From sequence record ON210137.1: a stretch of DNA of 64,000 nucleotides; one strand, given 5' to 3'. Origin of the DNA: Escherichia phage EC150. A model generated the notes under the pieces. It was not told the DNA's origin and did not search any database. It saw only the letters and a list, made by a program, of their open reading frames with translations. Made by a program: the position numbers and the translations under genes. Each line of letters begins with the position of its first letter. Positions within the stretch are counted from its first letter, which is position 1. Positions 46,956-56,157 of this stretch are shown piece by piece.

Positions 46956-49839
46956 CTGGATACACCTGTTTGATAACGTCGACGATGAACATATCAATGC
47001 CTTCAAGCTTGCGGCCTTTCATCAGGAAGAATGCACCGTTCCCGACGTACTCTGCAATGTACTTCCCGTATTTCTGGAACTTCTCTGGGCGAATCCTGAA
47101 GCGCATTGGCGAGTCGGTCGAATCGTCCTTGCACATAAGGTCGATGAATTGAGTTTCAAGCTTGTTTCCATACTGGTCAAATTCTGCGTAGCGGCCATCG
47201 GCCTGAAGACCCTTTTTAAGCTTGCCGTGCTTTGTATAAATGCCGCGCTCAAGACGTTTACGGATGCGTGTTGCTTCGTTCTCGTCTGCCAGCACTTTCT
47301 TGGTCAGCTTGCCGATTACTATTGCACGCTCATCATCGCCTACTTCCTTCATCTGGCGTATTGAAGCGCCGGAAGTGACGCCAATCAGATATGGGTCATT
47401 ATATGCCCAGCCGAACTTGGTGTGCATCTCTGTAAGGTCGCCGTATTTAACTTCAGCATTGGCCAATGCATCCTTCTGCTTTTGCGTTAAGGTTCCGGCT
47501 TCACGTGCTTCGATGTACTTCATCGCCTTCACCATTCCGTACCCTTTAGCGTTCATGATGCCGCCGATTAGCTTTCCGTTAGCGATGGTCCAGTTCATTG
47601 AAGAGTGATCAGGGTCGATTGGCACATAATCCACGCCTTCCTTCGCAAGTTCACGTAATATCGCAATCGTCTGGTCTTCGTCCTTAGCAGCGCGTAAGCA
47701 AGCAGCGGCAAATTCCAACGGGTAGTGTCGTTTAAGCCACAAGGTCCAGTAGGTTACGACCGCGTATGACACGGAGTGTGACTTGTTAAAGCCCCATGAC
47801 CCGAACGTCGCCATCGCCTGCCAAAGCTTTCTTGCATCCGCTTCCGGTACGCCGTTATTTATTGCGCCTGCAACGAAGTCTTCGCCAAGCTTGTTAAAGT
47901 ATTCCTCGCCCTTACGACCTGACATCGCCTTACGCACGGCTGATGTTTTCGCCCAGTCGAATGAACCAATCTCTTTAACCACGGCCATGATTTGCTCTTG
48001 GTAAAGAAACACGCCGTAAGTCTCTTTTAAGTACGGCTCAAGCTGCGGCACGTCGTACTCAATCGGCGCACGCCCTGCCGCGCGTTCAATGTATTTCTGG
48101 GCCATACCGGATGACAACGGGCCAGGTCGACCAAGTGCTGTCAGGTTATCGATTTTGTTGAAGTTGTCAACGTGCACAAAGTTGGTTACTGAGCGCACAG
48201 CGTCACCTTCAAACTGAAAGATTCCTGACATCTTGTTTTCGTTAAGGATATCAAGGACGCTTTGGTCATCAAGCTTGATTCCGTATAGCGTTTCAGCATC
48301 TATCACGCCAGTATCAGAAATGATTCCGAGGGTGCGAAGACCCAACGCATCAAGCTTCAAAAGGTTAAGGTATTCGCTGTCAGGCTTATCAATTTGCGCA
48401 ATCCCTTCCGCCGTTACCGTACAGTAATCAGAGATTGGGTCATTACACACGATGATTCCCGCTGCGTGAACGCCAGTGTGGGAAGGGTGAATCTCAAGGT
48501 CACCCATGCATCGCGCGGCGTCAGGATATTTCGCCACGAACTCTTGGCCCGTGGTCGTTGTTGCAAAAGTATCCTCCAGGCCGTGACCATAACGGGCGTC
48601 ACCGGATGAGTATTCAAGCAATGCGTTTTTAATGTTGGCCGTTTCGTGATATCCAATGTTGAACTTCTTACCAACCTGAGCCATTACTGAGTTGGCCTTA
48701 AGCGTGTTGATGTTGCCAAGCTTTGCAACGTTCATTTCGCCATATTTTTCTTTAAGGTAATCAAACACCATATAACGTTTGGTGTCCTCAAAGTCAATAT
48801 CAATATCAGGGAGGTCGGCGCGGCTTACGTCGATGAATCGGGCAAATAGCAGCTTATACGGGATTGGGTCAACTTCCGTGATGCCGAGGCAATAACAAAC
48901 CAGTGAACCAGCCGATGAGCCGCGTGCAGGACCGACAAGCATTTTTGTTTTTGCGAATCGTACAAGGTCCGCTACTACCAGAAAGTATGAGTCGAAATCT
49001 TTCAACTGAATCTGGTGAATTTCTTCGTTGAAGCGGTCCTCATATTCCTGAGTCCATTCTTTGATGTGACCTGCTTTGAGACGGTACTCCATCCCCTCAC
49101 GCGCAAGCTTTACCATATCACCAGCAAGGTGAATAATCGGTGCCTTGCGTAATTTCAGGTCAAGTCCGACTATGCCGTTTGCTATGTCAACAGCATTGGC
49201 CGTTGCCTGATTCAGCTCATCTTCCGTCAAGATGCCTTTAAGCTGTTTGCGCAAGTCTTCCGCGTCAACGATGCAGTGCGGCTTGACCGTGTCGCGCACT
49301 TCCCAAGCATAAGCAAAGTCAACGTGCTCAGGTGAAGGCATGTGGTTGTATCCGGTTAAAACCAGCGGCCTTCCGTTGCTGCGGTGAGCCAACACCTGGC
49401 GCTTAGCCAAAAGGAACGATGATGGGTTGACGTCTATATAATCGTAGTCCTCTGGCCGCAGCAGCTCAACGGCACCGCCACAGAATTTAACGACGCCATC
49501 AAGCGCACCGAACTCTTCACGGGTAAGCCCACCGCGCTGCGTTGAAAGTGTTGTAGCGTTGTAAAAAGATTTTAAGTCAAGGGACAGTATCCAAGCCTTC
49601 GGTTTGAATCCCTTTTTCGGGTCCGCATCAGGGTCGATGATTGGAATCTCCATCCCAAACATAGGCTTAATATCATTTTTCTGGCATTCCTTTTCCCAGC
49701 GGACGTGACCCCATGTGTTGTTATCAACTAATGCCGCGACTTCGCAGCCCAACTCTTTGAGCCGTGCTATAATTTCAGGATGCCGTCCATAAACTTCTTT
49801 GAACGTGTAACCGCTGCGAACTCTCAATTGTGGAAACAT
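46936..49839 (-). CDS. dnaE: DNA polymerase III alpha subunit-like replicative polymerase (DnaE family) with N-terminal PHP domain
   Basis: 967 aa; N-terminal PHP-like region; polymerase core motifs; adjacent DnaQ-like exonuclease. Confidence 0.8.
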   Translation of the reverse strand: MFPQLRVRSGYTFKEVYGRHPEIIARLKELGCEVAALVDNNTWGHVRWEKECQKNDIKPMFGMEIPIIDPDADPKKGFKPKAWILSLDLKSFYNATTLSTQRGGLTREEFGALDGVVKFCGGAVELLRPEDYDYIDVNPSSFLLAKRQVLAHRSNGRPLVLTGYNHMPSPEHVDFAYAWEVRDTVKPHCIVDAEDLRKQLKGILTEDELNQATANAVDIANGIVGLDLKLRKAPIIHLAGDMVKLAREGMEYRLKAGHIKEWTQEYEDRFNEEIHQIQLKDFDSYFLVVADLVRFAKTKMLVGPARGSSAGSLVCYCLGITEVDPIPYKLLFARFIDVSRADLPDIDIDFEDTKRYMVFDYLKEKYGEMNVAKLGNINTLKANSVMAQVGKKFNIGYHETANIKNALLEYSSGDARYGHGLEDTFATTTTGQEFVAKYPDAARCMGDLEIHPSHTGVHAAGIIVCNDPISDYCTVTAEGIAQIDKPDSEYLNLLKLDALGLRTLGIISDTGVIDAETLYGIKLDDQSVLDILNENKMSGIFQFEGDAVRSVTNFVHVDNFNKIDNLTALGRPGPLSSGMAQKYIERAAGRAPIEYDVPQLEPYLKETYGVFLYQEQIMAVVKEIGSFDWAKTSAVRKAMSGRKGEEYFNKLGEDFVAGAINNGVPEADARKLWQAMATFGSWGFNKSHSVSYAVVTYWTLWLKRHYPLEFAAACLRAAKDEDQTIAILRELAKEGVDYVPIDPDHSSMNWTIANGKLIGGIMNAKGYGMVKAMKYIEAREAGTLTQKQKDALANAEVKYGDLTEMHTKFGWAYNDPYLIGVTSGASIRQMKEVGDDERAIVIGKLTKKVLADENEATRIRKRLERGIYTKHGKLKKGLQADGRYAEFDQYGNKLETQFIDLMCKDDSTDSPMRFRIRPEKFQKYGKYIAEYVGNGAFFLMKGRKLEGIDMFIVDVIKQVYPDGNKQP

Positions 49840-50381
49840 TATTTACTCCAGATGTCATATACGCCAATTTGTTGGCAGACTTTGTGCAGTAATATTACGT
49901 CGTCTAATGCACGGTGCTTCTGTTCATATTTTCCGAAATATAATTCATACAGCTCTTGAAGCTTAACTCTTCGGCCAAAAATAGGCAAGGTTTGCTCAAC
50001 TGTACATATGTTTATTTCTGGAAAATTAACATCATCAAGCGTAAGTCCTTCGCGCTGTAGTGCATAATCAAGAATGTTTTTATCGAACGCATGGTTGTGC
50101 GCGATAGTTGCATCAGTCTTCTTGAAGATTTCTTTTAGCTGCGGGACGAAATTGATGAACGGTGGATTGCACTCAAGGTCTTCATTAGTTAATCCGGTAA
50201 TCTTTGTGATGATTTCTTCAATCACAATTTCAGGATTAATTATGAATTCAAACGTTTCAAGAATCTCTTTGCCGTCTGTCAACAGACCTGCAAATTCAAT
50301 AGGACGCGGCTGCATCCCAAGCGGCGCTTTCGGGTGCACGGTCAATCCGGTTGTTTCGAAGTCATAAGGGAGAAATAACAC
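49839..50381 (-). CDS. DnaQ-like 3'-5' exonuclease (proofreading subunit)
   Basis: Exo I motif YDFETTG near N-terminus; Exo III-like HRALDDV near C-terminus; 1-nt overlap with dnaE start. Confidence 0.8.
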   Translation of the reverse strand: MLFLPYDFETTGLTVHPKAPLGMQPRPIEFAGLLTDGKEILETFEFIINPEIVIEEIITKITGLTNEDLECNPPFINFVPQLKEIFKKTDATIAHNHAFDKNILDYALQREGLTLDDVNFPEINICTVEQTLPIFGRRVKLQELYELYFGKYEQKHRALDDVILLHKVCQQIGVYDIWSK

Positions 50382-50394
50382 ATTAGCCTCCTAC

Positions 50395-50419
50395 AAAAAG
50401 GCCGCCCATTAGGACGGCC
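50395..50419 (-). terminator. rho-independent terminator on minus strand (GGCCG stem, T-tract)
   Basis: Minus strand reads GGCCGTCCTAATGGGCGGCC then TTTTTGTAGG; between CDS 50436..50987 and the DnaQ gene. Confidence 0.5.
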
Positions 50420-50435
50420 ACAGATTCACGATTCG

Positions 50436-50987
50436 TTATACGGTGTACGGAGTACCGTCTTGATTCAAGCGCACGATAAACTTAAGGTCGACGCCAATAA
50501 TATCACGCGTGTCAAAGATCACATAGTTGTAGCGACGTTGACCAGCAATGTTAGGATTGGTGTGGGAGTCGGTGATGACTTCCTGCGCAACCTGAATATG
50601 TTCGTTCTTAAAGAACTCACGCCATTCGGCAAGTTCTGCGGCAGTCACGTGCATGCCAAGGTGGCTAACCTGATTATCGTGCGCATCGATGTATTCAATG
50701 TTTTCGTTAATCCAGTTGCAGCCCTTTGTGTAGTCAAGGATTTCAAGCTCAAGAGGCTTACCAGCGCTGCCATCAGTTCCGTTTCCAGCTTGATAGTTGA
50801 AGCGTAAATCAGCTTCGTTGGTGCAATCGCCGCGCTGGCCTTTAAAGTCATCAGATTCAAATACGCGACCAGTAGCAACAACGTGATCATGGAACCATTC
50901 TGTCAGGCCGATTTTAGCCAGGAAATTCTGTGCGCGCTGAGCACCTGGGATTGACAGGGCGATTTGTTCAATTTTAAAATGTGGCAT
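50436..50987 (-). CDS. hypothetical protein, possibly VOC/glyoxalase-like
   Basis: ORF track; weak resemblance only. Confidence 0.45.
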   Translation of the reverse strand: MPHFKIEQIALSIPGAQRAQNFLAKIGLTEWFHDHVVATGRVFESDDFKGQRGDCTNEADLRFNYQAGNGTDGSAGKPLELEILDYTKGCNWINENIEYIDAHDNQVSHLGMHVTAAELAEWREFFKNEHIQVAQEVITDSHTNPNIAGQRRYNYVIFDTRDIIGVDLKFIVRLNQDGTPYTV

Positions 50988-51083
50988 TTTGTTTCCTTAA
51001 TTAAATATTATTGATTAATTACTGTGTTATCTTCGTCCTGTTTCTTTTCAGGAGCGGGTGTGACAACTTCAAATGTTCGTGAT

Positions 51084-51767
51084 TTATTTCCCAAATGGAA
51101 TATCAGTACCAGACATAAAGCGCCATGCGCCCGTAATTAAGATATGGCGAATGAAGTCAGCAATTACTTGCGGCTCAGTCTCCAATCCATTCATCAGTGC
51201 CTTTTTCTGGTATTCAGCAGCATACTCAGGAGTCCAGCCGCGAGTCGCGCAAACAGCATCTTCAATCTGTTTGGACATGCCAGTACCACGTAGCTTGTTA
51301 GGACTAATAGAGAATACCGTGATGCCGTATTTAGGCGTAAGCTCGTGAGCCATCTGCTTGCTAATCATAAGCGCAGCAGCCTTGGATGCATTATAACACA
51401 AGCTGGACGTCATAGGAATGTGCGCAGCGTTAGAAACGATATTGATCACAAAACCTTTGTTGTCGATAAGACTTTTCAGCGCGGCTTGAGTCGTGTTAAC
51501 GAAAGAGAATGCGTTGGTGTGCATAACGCGATTGAACTCTTCGTAGTTAACATCTTCGAACCAGTTGTTGGAGTTGACGCCAGCGCAGTTGATCAAGCCT
51601 TCTACATCATATGGGCTTAAAATTTCTTTCATCTGTTTAGCGTCGCGGACGTCATATCCGTATGCTGAATCGATGCCAAGCACGTTATGACCGTAAGCGC
51701 CAAGGGTGTCAAAAATAGATTTACCAAGACCGGAATTGGAACCTGTTACAACAATTACTTTTTTCAT
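51084..51767 (-). CDS. short-chain dehydrogenase/reductase (SDR) family oxidoreductase
   Basis: N-terminal cofactor-binding VTGSNSGLGKSI (TGxxxGxG) and catalytic YNASKAA (YxxxK). Confidence 0.8.
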   Translation of the reverse strand: MKKVIVVTGSNSGLGKSIFDTLGAYGHNVLGIDSAYGYDVRDAKQMKEILSPYDVEGLINCAGVNSNNWFEDVNYEEFNRVMHTNAFSFVNTTQAALKSLIDNKGFVINIVSNAAHIPMTSSLCYNASKAAALMISKQMAHELTPKYGITVFSISPNKLRGTGMSKQIEDAVCATRGWTPEYAAEYQKKALMNGLETEPQVIADFIRHILITGAWRFMSGTDIPFGK

Positions 51768-51790
51768 TTATTTATCCTTTTTGGACTTCG

Positions 51791-51820
51791 TTTCGATGAG
51801 ATAAATATAACTCATCGAAA
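51791..51820. other. perfect 10-bp stem-loop (TTTCGATGAG / CTCATCGAAA, 10-nt loop) between HAD-like and SDR genes
   Basis: Inverted repeat read directly; no T-tract. Confidence 0.4.
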
Positions 51821-51832
51821 CGCACAAGTAAA

Positions 51833-52705
51833 CTATTTATTGAAATTAATATTATGGGTGTTGACAAGACGTTCACACATGGCGCTGTAAACACCATCGT
51901 CGTGTATTGAGTCTTCGTGCTTCAGGCCGCTGATTGCGAAGCGTGTAAGCTTGACAATCTTAAGCTCGAACAGATGCCACATGTGGTAGTCTTCCGGCGT
52001 TTTCAACGTTACGCCATTAGGGAAAAGCACCTGCATAACCTGGCCTACCATCACAGCGTTATCGCCATAGACAGCGTTGCGCTCACGAAAGGTTGCTGCC
52101 ATTGCATCAAGAATATCGGCGGCAGTTGCCGGAGATTGTTCAACTTCCACAGCCTTAGTCTCTTCTTGCCCTGTTGCGCTTGGATCAATTGCTAATTGTT
52201 GCACCACTTCACCTGCCTTGCAAAGATTAAATGTAAAAGCGATTTTATTTTGAGCAACGGAATTATAATACAATGCTTCATCTTGCATCCGCGCGAGTAC
52301 GTCTTGTCGGTCGTCGAATACGTTGATGATTCGATAATCGCCGTGGCGCAATGCGTGCGATAGCCATGCAGATTTCATAATAGTTGATGGACGTTTGTCG
52401 CCATAGTCTCTCATCTTGATTGTAAATTCATCAAAAGGAAAAACATTGTCCAGACGTTCAAAAGTCACTTGTCTGTATTTTTCTGGCCTTGCAGTCCAAT
52501 ATTCAACCGCCTCACCGCGAAGAGATGCCGACTCTACTGCTGATGCAATGTGAGGATAGAACTGATCATAACCAATACCGCTATGATAGTCATCATAGTC
52601 TGACAACGGACCTGCCACCTTGATGCGGTCTAAGCGCCAACGGTCATCAAACAGCGTTCCGTCAAGGTCGAATACGTTTAAGATTTCGCTGTTTTTAATG
52701 CTCAT
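51833..52705 (-). CDS. HAD-superfamily phosphatase-like protein with C-terminal domain of unknown function
   Basis: HAD motif I VFDLDGTLFDD near N-terminus. Confidence 0.5.
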   Translation of the reverse strand: MSIKNSEILNVFDLDGTLFDDRWRLDRIKVAGPLSDYDDYHSGIGYDQFYPHIASAVESASLRGEAVEYWTARPEKYRQVTFERLDNVFPFDEFTIKMRDYGDKRPSTIMKSAWLSHALRHGDYRIINVFDDRQDVLARMQDEALYYNSVAQNKIAFTFNLCKAGEVVQQLAIDPSATGQEETKAVEVEQSPATAADILDAMAATFRERNAVYGDNAVMVGQVMQVLFPNGVTLKTPEDYHMWHLFELKIVKLTRFAISGLKHEDSIHDDGVYSAMCERLVNTHNINFNK

Positions 52706-53505
52706 CCTTTTGATACTCCATCTTTAGCAACTGGATTGTTGGTGATTGGCATCGCACTCCAAAACTGGATGCGCAACTCTTCTTGCTGTGACGTGGTATC
52801 CATCCAATCACGATACCAAGGGCAATGGGCTTTGCCATGACGAGGAAACGCGCATTTACCCATACCGATGCATTGCGGCTGTAATAATGGATTTGCCCAC
52901 GGGTGCACCTTGAGGACTTCCGCAACCATTGCGCGGAATACTTCTTGATACTCGCCTTGAGTGCGCGTGCACAAGCGGTTTGACGCCATCTGCTGCAGCG
53001 TGCGCAAGTTGAACTTTGCCATGATATGCGTTTGCATATTAGAAGGCAACACGGCACGTGCATCTTGAATCTCTGCGCCAGCCGCGCGAAGCTCTTGATA
53101 CAAAGCATCGATAGTCGCCATCGCATCATCCCACTTCTCTGCCAGTTCAGCGGCCTTCTCGTCATGACGAGTCCATCCCTTTGGATCATCCTCTGGGTAA
53201 GTGAATTTAGCAGGACGAATCGCATCAAATGCAGACGACTCCTGAGCGCGGCTGGTGCGTTCTTGATATGCGCCTGTGCGTGTGCGTACCATCTGATGGG
53301 TCATGTTCTTTGATACATCTGTGATATCAAAGATATAGTCCACAAAGTCAAAAGGCGACTTGATTGTATCAAGCATGTAGCGCCAATGCTCTTGCTTCTC
53401 TGATTCCGTCATCTCAGAGACAGGCTTACCAGTCATGCGCGTGTTCTTTGTTTCCAGCAAAAGGTCAAGTGCATCTTGGGTGTATCGAATTAATTCAACT
53501 TTCAT
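52702..53505 (-). CDS. flavin-dependent thymidylate synthase (ThyX)-like protein with divergent signature motif
   Basis: HQMVRTRTGAYQERTSR resembles ThyX HxxVRHRxxSxSQxSxRY block but with RTR in place of RHR; C-terminal NLRTL...TQGEYQEVFRAM also ThyX-like. Confidence 0.55.
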   Translation of the reverse strand: MKVELIRYTQDALDLLLETKNTRMTGKPVSEMTESEKQEHWRYMLDTIKSPFDFVDYIFDITDVSKNMTHQMVRTRTGAYQERTSRAQESSAFDAIRPAKFTYPEDDPKGWTRHDEKAAELAEKWDDAMATIDALYQELRAAGAEIQDARAVLPSNMQTHIMAKFNLRTLQQMASNRLCTRTQGEYQEVFRAMVAEVLKVHPWANPLLQPQCIGMGKCAFPRHGKAHCPWYRDWMDTTSQQEELRIQFWSAMPITNNPVAKDGVSKG

Positions 53506-53518
53506 TTTAATTATCCTA

Positions 53519-53965
53519 TTAACGGTAATTCACTAGTTGCTGATCACCAGAGAAGGTGCAATGATAAACGAATTGTGCGTTATAAAGCAACTGAAAACTT
53601 TTCTTTGGTTCATTATTAGAACTCATCGATGTAAAGATTTCTGCACCAGAACGGTTTTCACCAATCAGATTAATAAAGCCGCCAGTTGAACGAGGCTGGA
53701 CGAAAGTGAAACGTTGCATCCACGGAGTACGGTTGGCACCTTTCCCTGTGAATCCCTGAATCTGAATATTCAGACCTTCTTGCTCGTTCACACCGATGTA
53801 AGTGGTAATCTTCGCACCAGTCGTTGCTGCGGTCTTACCGTCCATCGCTTCGCAATCGTAAACAGCGATTGAATCGGAAGTACGGATGGCAGCTTCAGTC
53901 GCTTCCATATACATGGTGCCGAGAATAGCAGTTGCGGCAAGCGCGATTCCAGTGATTCGTTTCAT
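53519..53965 (-). CDS. exported protein with N-terminal signal peptide (148 aa)
   Basis: N-terminal MKRITGIALAATAILGTMYMEATEAA hydrophobic signal-like segment. Confidence 0.5.
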   Translation of the reverse strand: MKRITGIALAATAILGTMYMEATEAAIRTSDSIAVYDCEAMDGKTAATTGAKITTYIGVNEQEGLNIQIQGFTGKGANRTPWMQRFTFVQPRSTGGFINLIGENRSGAEIFTSMSSNNEPKKSFQLLYNAQFVYHCTFSGDQQLVNYR

Positions 53966-54030
53966 TTCCGTTTCCTCTATGAGTTCTGCTTCAATGATTA
54001 AAGTATACGCCCATTGAAGCAGAAAGCAAA

Positions 54031-55026
54031 TTATTTATTAGCAATATAAGCAAATTTTTGATAGTTATTTGCTTTGATGAGTTTTTCAACTTCAACAAGG
54101 TCATGAGCGACGTCATCAAGCAAAATGTTGCGCCAGGTAGCAAATCGACCGACACTAAACACGTTCAAATCCATGGTCAGCTGCAGGAGTAGGGCGTGTC
54201 GCAAGTCTTTCGGAATGTCGACAATCTTGCCATATTTCTGGTCGACCTTTTCAACTTCTTCAAGAGCAATGTCACTCCATGAGAGGCCAAAAGCTGTCAA
54301 CACTTCGTCGACTTCTGCGCGCAGCTTGATGTCACGGTAACGAGTGATGCCGCCAGCGGCTTCAACTGCAGCTTCACTCACGCTGACCAAAGGAATTGTT
54401 TCAATGATCAGTGTGTCGCCAGTGATTGATGCGCGGTAAGTTCTGACGGAGTAGTCAGGGAAGTAAATTGTTTGATACAAATCACACTTACGTTTAATCT
54501 TAAAGCGGTAAACGCGAATGTTTGCTTTATCAAATGAGAAATCAAGCTTTTGATCAATCCCAGCCAGCTTCATCATGACTGGCAGCGGCGACGTGTTGAT
54601 GATTGGCGTCTCGCTATAGCCGCAAAGAGTATCAACCGGAGTATTAAAGAATATGCGGTCACCCAGTTTGTCGACAAGCTGATCATAAAAGTCATCAGGC
54701 GCAATATAACGTGTTGCAGTCTTAAGCTTCATGATTGAACGGCTGCCAAACTGATTGGTGACCTTCATGGAATACATATTGGCAAGGTTGATTGGGCAAT
54801 GGTCGTGGTAGTAGTTGCCGCGAAAATACACAGCCTTGTCAACTGTCACGGCCTTGAAAGGGATTCCGGTAATACGGCTTACTTCTTCGCCGCGAAAGCG
54901 TAGAAGCGCCTTGTGCTGTTGCGCTCGTTCCCCTGCTTCGTACACAATAGAGTTCGGGAAGTGACACGCTGTGATAAGTCCTGCCAGTCCGCCGCCGATA
55001 ATCATTACAGGTTGTTTCATGTTCAT
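54031..55026 (-). CDS. FAD/NAD(P)-binding Rossmann-fold oxidoreductase-like protein
   Basis: N-terminal dinucleotide-binding motif VMIIGGGLAGLITA (GxGxxG). Confidence 0.55.
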   Translation of the reverse strand: MNMKQPVMIIGGGLAGLITACHFPNSIVYEAGERAQQHKALLRFRGEEVSRITGIPFKAVTVDKAVYFRGNYYHDHCPINLANMYSMKVTNQFGSRSIMKLKTATRYIAPDDFYDQLVDKLGDRIFFNTPVDTLCGYSETPIINTSPLPVMMKLAGIDQKLDFSFDKANIRVYRFKIKRKCDLYQTIYFPDYSVRTYRASITGDTLIIETIPLVSVSEAAVEAAGGITRYRDIKLRAEVDEVLTAFGLSWSDIALEEVEKVDQKYGKIVDIPKDLRHALLLQLTMDLNVFSVGRFATWRNILLDDVAHDLVEVEKLIKANNYQKFAYIANK

Positions 55027-55104
55027 TTGTCCTTTGTGGGTGATATGAGAAGTATAATAGCTAAATTATTTTACAGCAACAAGTCATTTTATTTAGTACA
55101 GATG

Positions 55105-55131
55105 AAAAAAGACCCACAACAAGTGTGGGTC
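55105..55131 (-). terminator. rho-independent terminator on minus strand (GACCCACA-ACAA-GTGTGGGTC plus T-tract)
   Basis: Palindrome with AAAAAA on + strand (T-tract on minus) just below the stop of CDS 55159..56004. Confidence 0.6.
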
Positions 55132-55158
55132 AATTACCGCTGCATAACCGTCCTAAGG

Positions 55159-56004
55159 TTATTCCGCTTGATCACCGTCTTCGGCATCTTCGTTGGATTC
55201 AACATCGACAAACTCGATGTGACCCATCTCTTCCAGCTTGCTCAGGTAGGAGCGAACTGAAGCGCCAAACAGTTGATCTTTAACTTTTTCGCCCAGCTCA
55301 TCGATAGACTGTGCCACGCCAACTTCGCCTTCTTTGATCGCCGCCAGAACGCGTCCACGGGTGGAATGCTCTTGCGGCTGACTCAGGCCATTGCCAGTGT
55401 AGATGAAGTGAGTAGCTTTTGCACGACGCTGACCATTGGCCTTTTTGGCAGCCTTACGTTCTGCGATGGCTTTGCGACGTTCTTCAGCTTCTTGCTTACG
55501 CTGTTCTTTCTGCTGTTCTGCAGCTTCTTTCGCCGCAATCTTAGCAGCTTCACGCTCTGCCTTGCGTTTCGCTTTGGCTTCTTCTTTGGCCTTCTCTTTT
55601 TCGGCCTTCGCTGCAGCACGGGCTTGATCACGCTCTGCTTTCTTAGCAGCAGCTTGTTCAGCTTTCAGGCGCTTGGCTTCTTCTTTAGCCTTTGCCTTTT
55701 CGATTTCTTTCGCTGCTTTAGCGGCTTCACGCTCTGCTTTCTTAGCAGCAGCCTTTTCTGCACGCTCTTTGGCCTTCTTGGCTGCTTCTTCAGCACGCTT
55801 CTGAGCCTTCTCATCAGCAGCCTGCTTGCGTTTCAGGGCAGCTTCTTCACGCTTGGCTTGTTTTTCCTGCTCACGCTTCTGGCGTTTTTCTTCGGCTTCT
55901 TTCTTTTTAGCCAGACGTTTTTCTTCAGCCACGCGACGACGTTCTGCTGCAGCTGCTTGTTTTTCTTCTTTAGATAATACTTTGATTGCTTCGGCCATGT
56001 TCAC
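55159..56004 (-). CDS. Lys/Ala/Glu-rich repeat protein (long charged helix, histone H1-like / TolA-like repeats) with C-terminal acidic domain
   Basis: About 190 aa of KAEEAAKKA-type imperfect repeats then a globular region and acidic tail EDAEDGDQAE; repetitive DNA 55400-55950. Confidence 0.55.
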   Translation of the reverse strand: MNMAEAIKVLSKEEKQAAAAERRRVAEEKRLAKKKEAEEKRQKREQEKQAKREEAALKRKQAADEKAQKRAEEAAKKAKERAEKAAAKKAEREAAKAAKEIEKAKAKEEAKRLKAEQAAAKKAERDQARAAAKAEKEKAKEEAKAKRKAEREAAKIAAKEAAEQQKEQRKQEAEERRKAIAERKAAKKANGQRRAKATHFIYTGNGLSQPQEHSTRGRVLAAIKEGEVGVAQSIDELGEKVKDQLFGASVRSYLSKLEEMGHIEFVDVESNEDAEDGDQAE

Positions 56005-56157
56005 AGTCCTTAAATAAATTAGTTTATTTTATATTCCCCGTTTGGGATAACTTAATTATGCCTTCAGTCGCCGCCAGTAGCAACTAAAAACTCTGGCAGC
56101 AATGCCACTTTAATTAAACTGATTTTCAGTTTTATTTTTCGTAAATTTACGTCAACA

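Noticed and set aside
55273-55977. Track ORF 55273..55977 on the + strand (234 aa, Phe/Leu/Ser-rich)
   Set aside because: Antisense to the Lys/Ala/Glu-repeat gene; the open frame is a by-product of the repetitive GCn/CTT-rich sequence.
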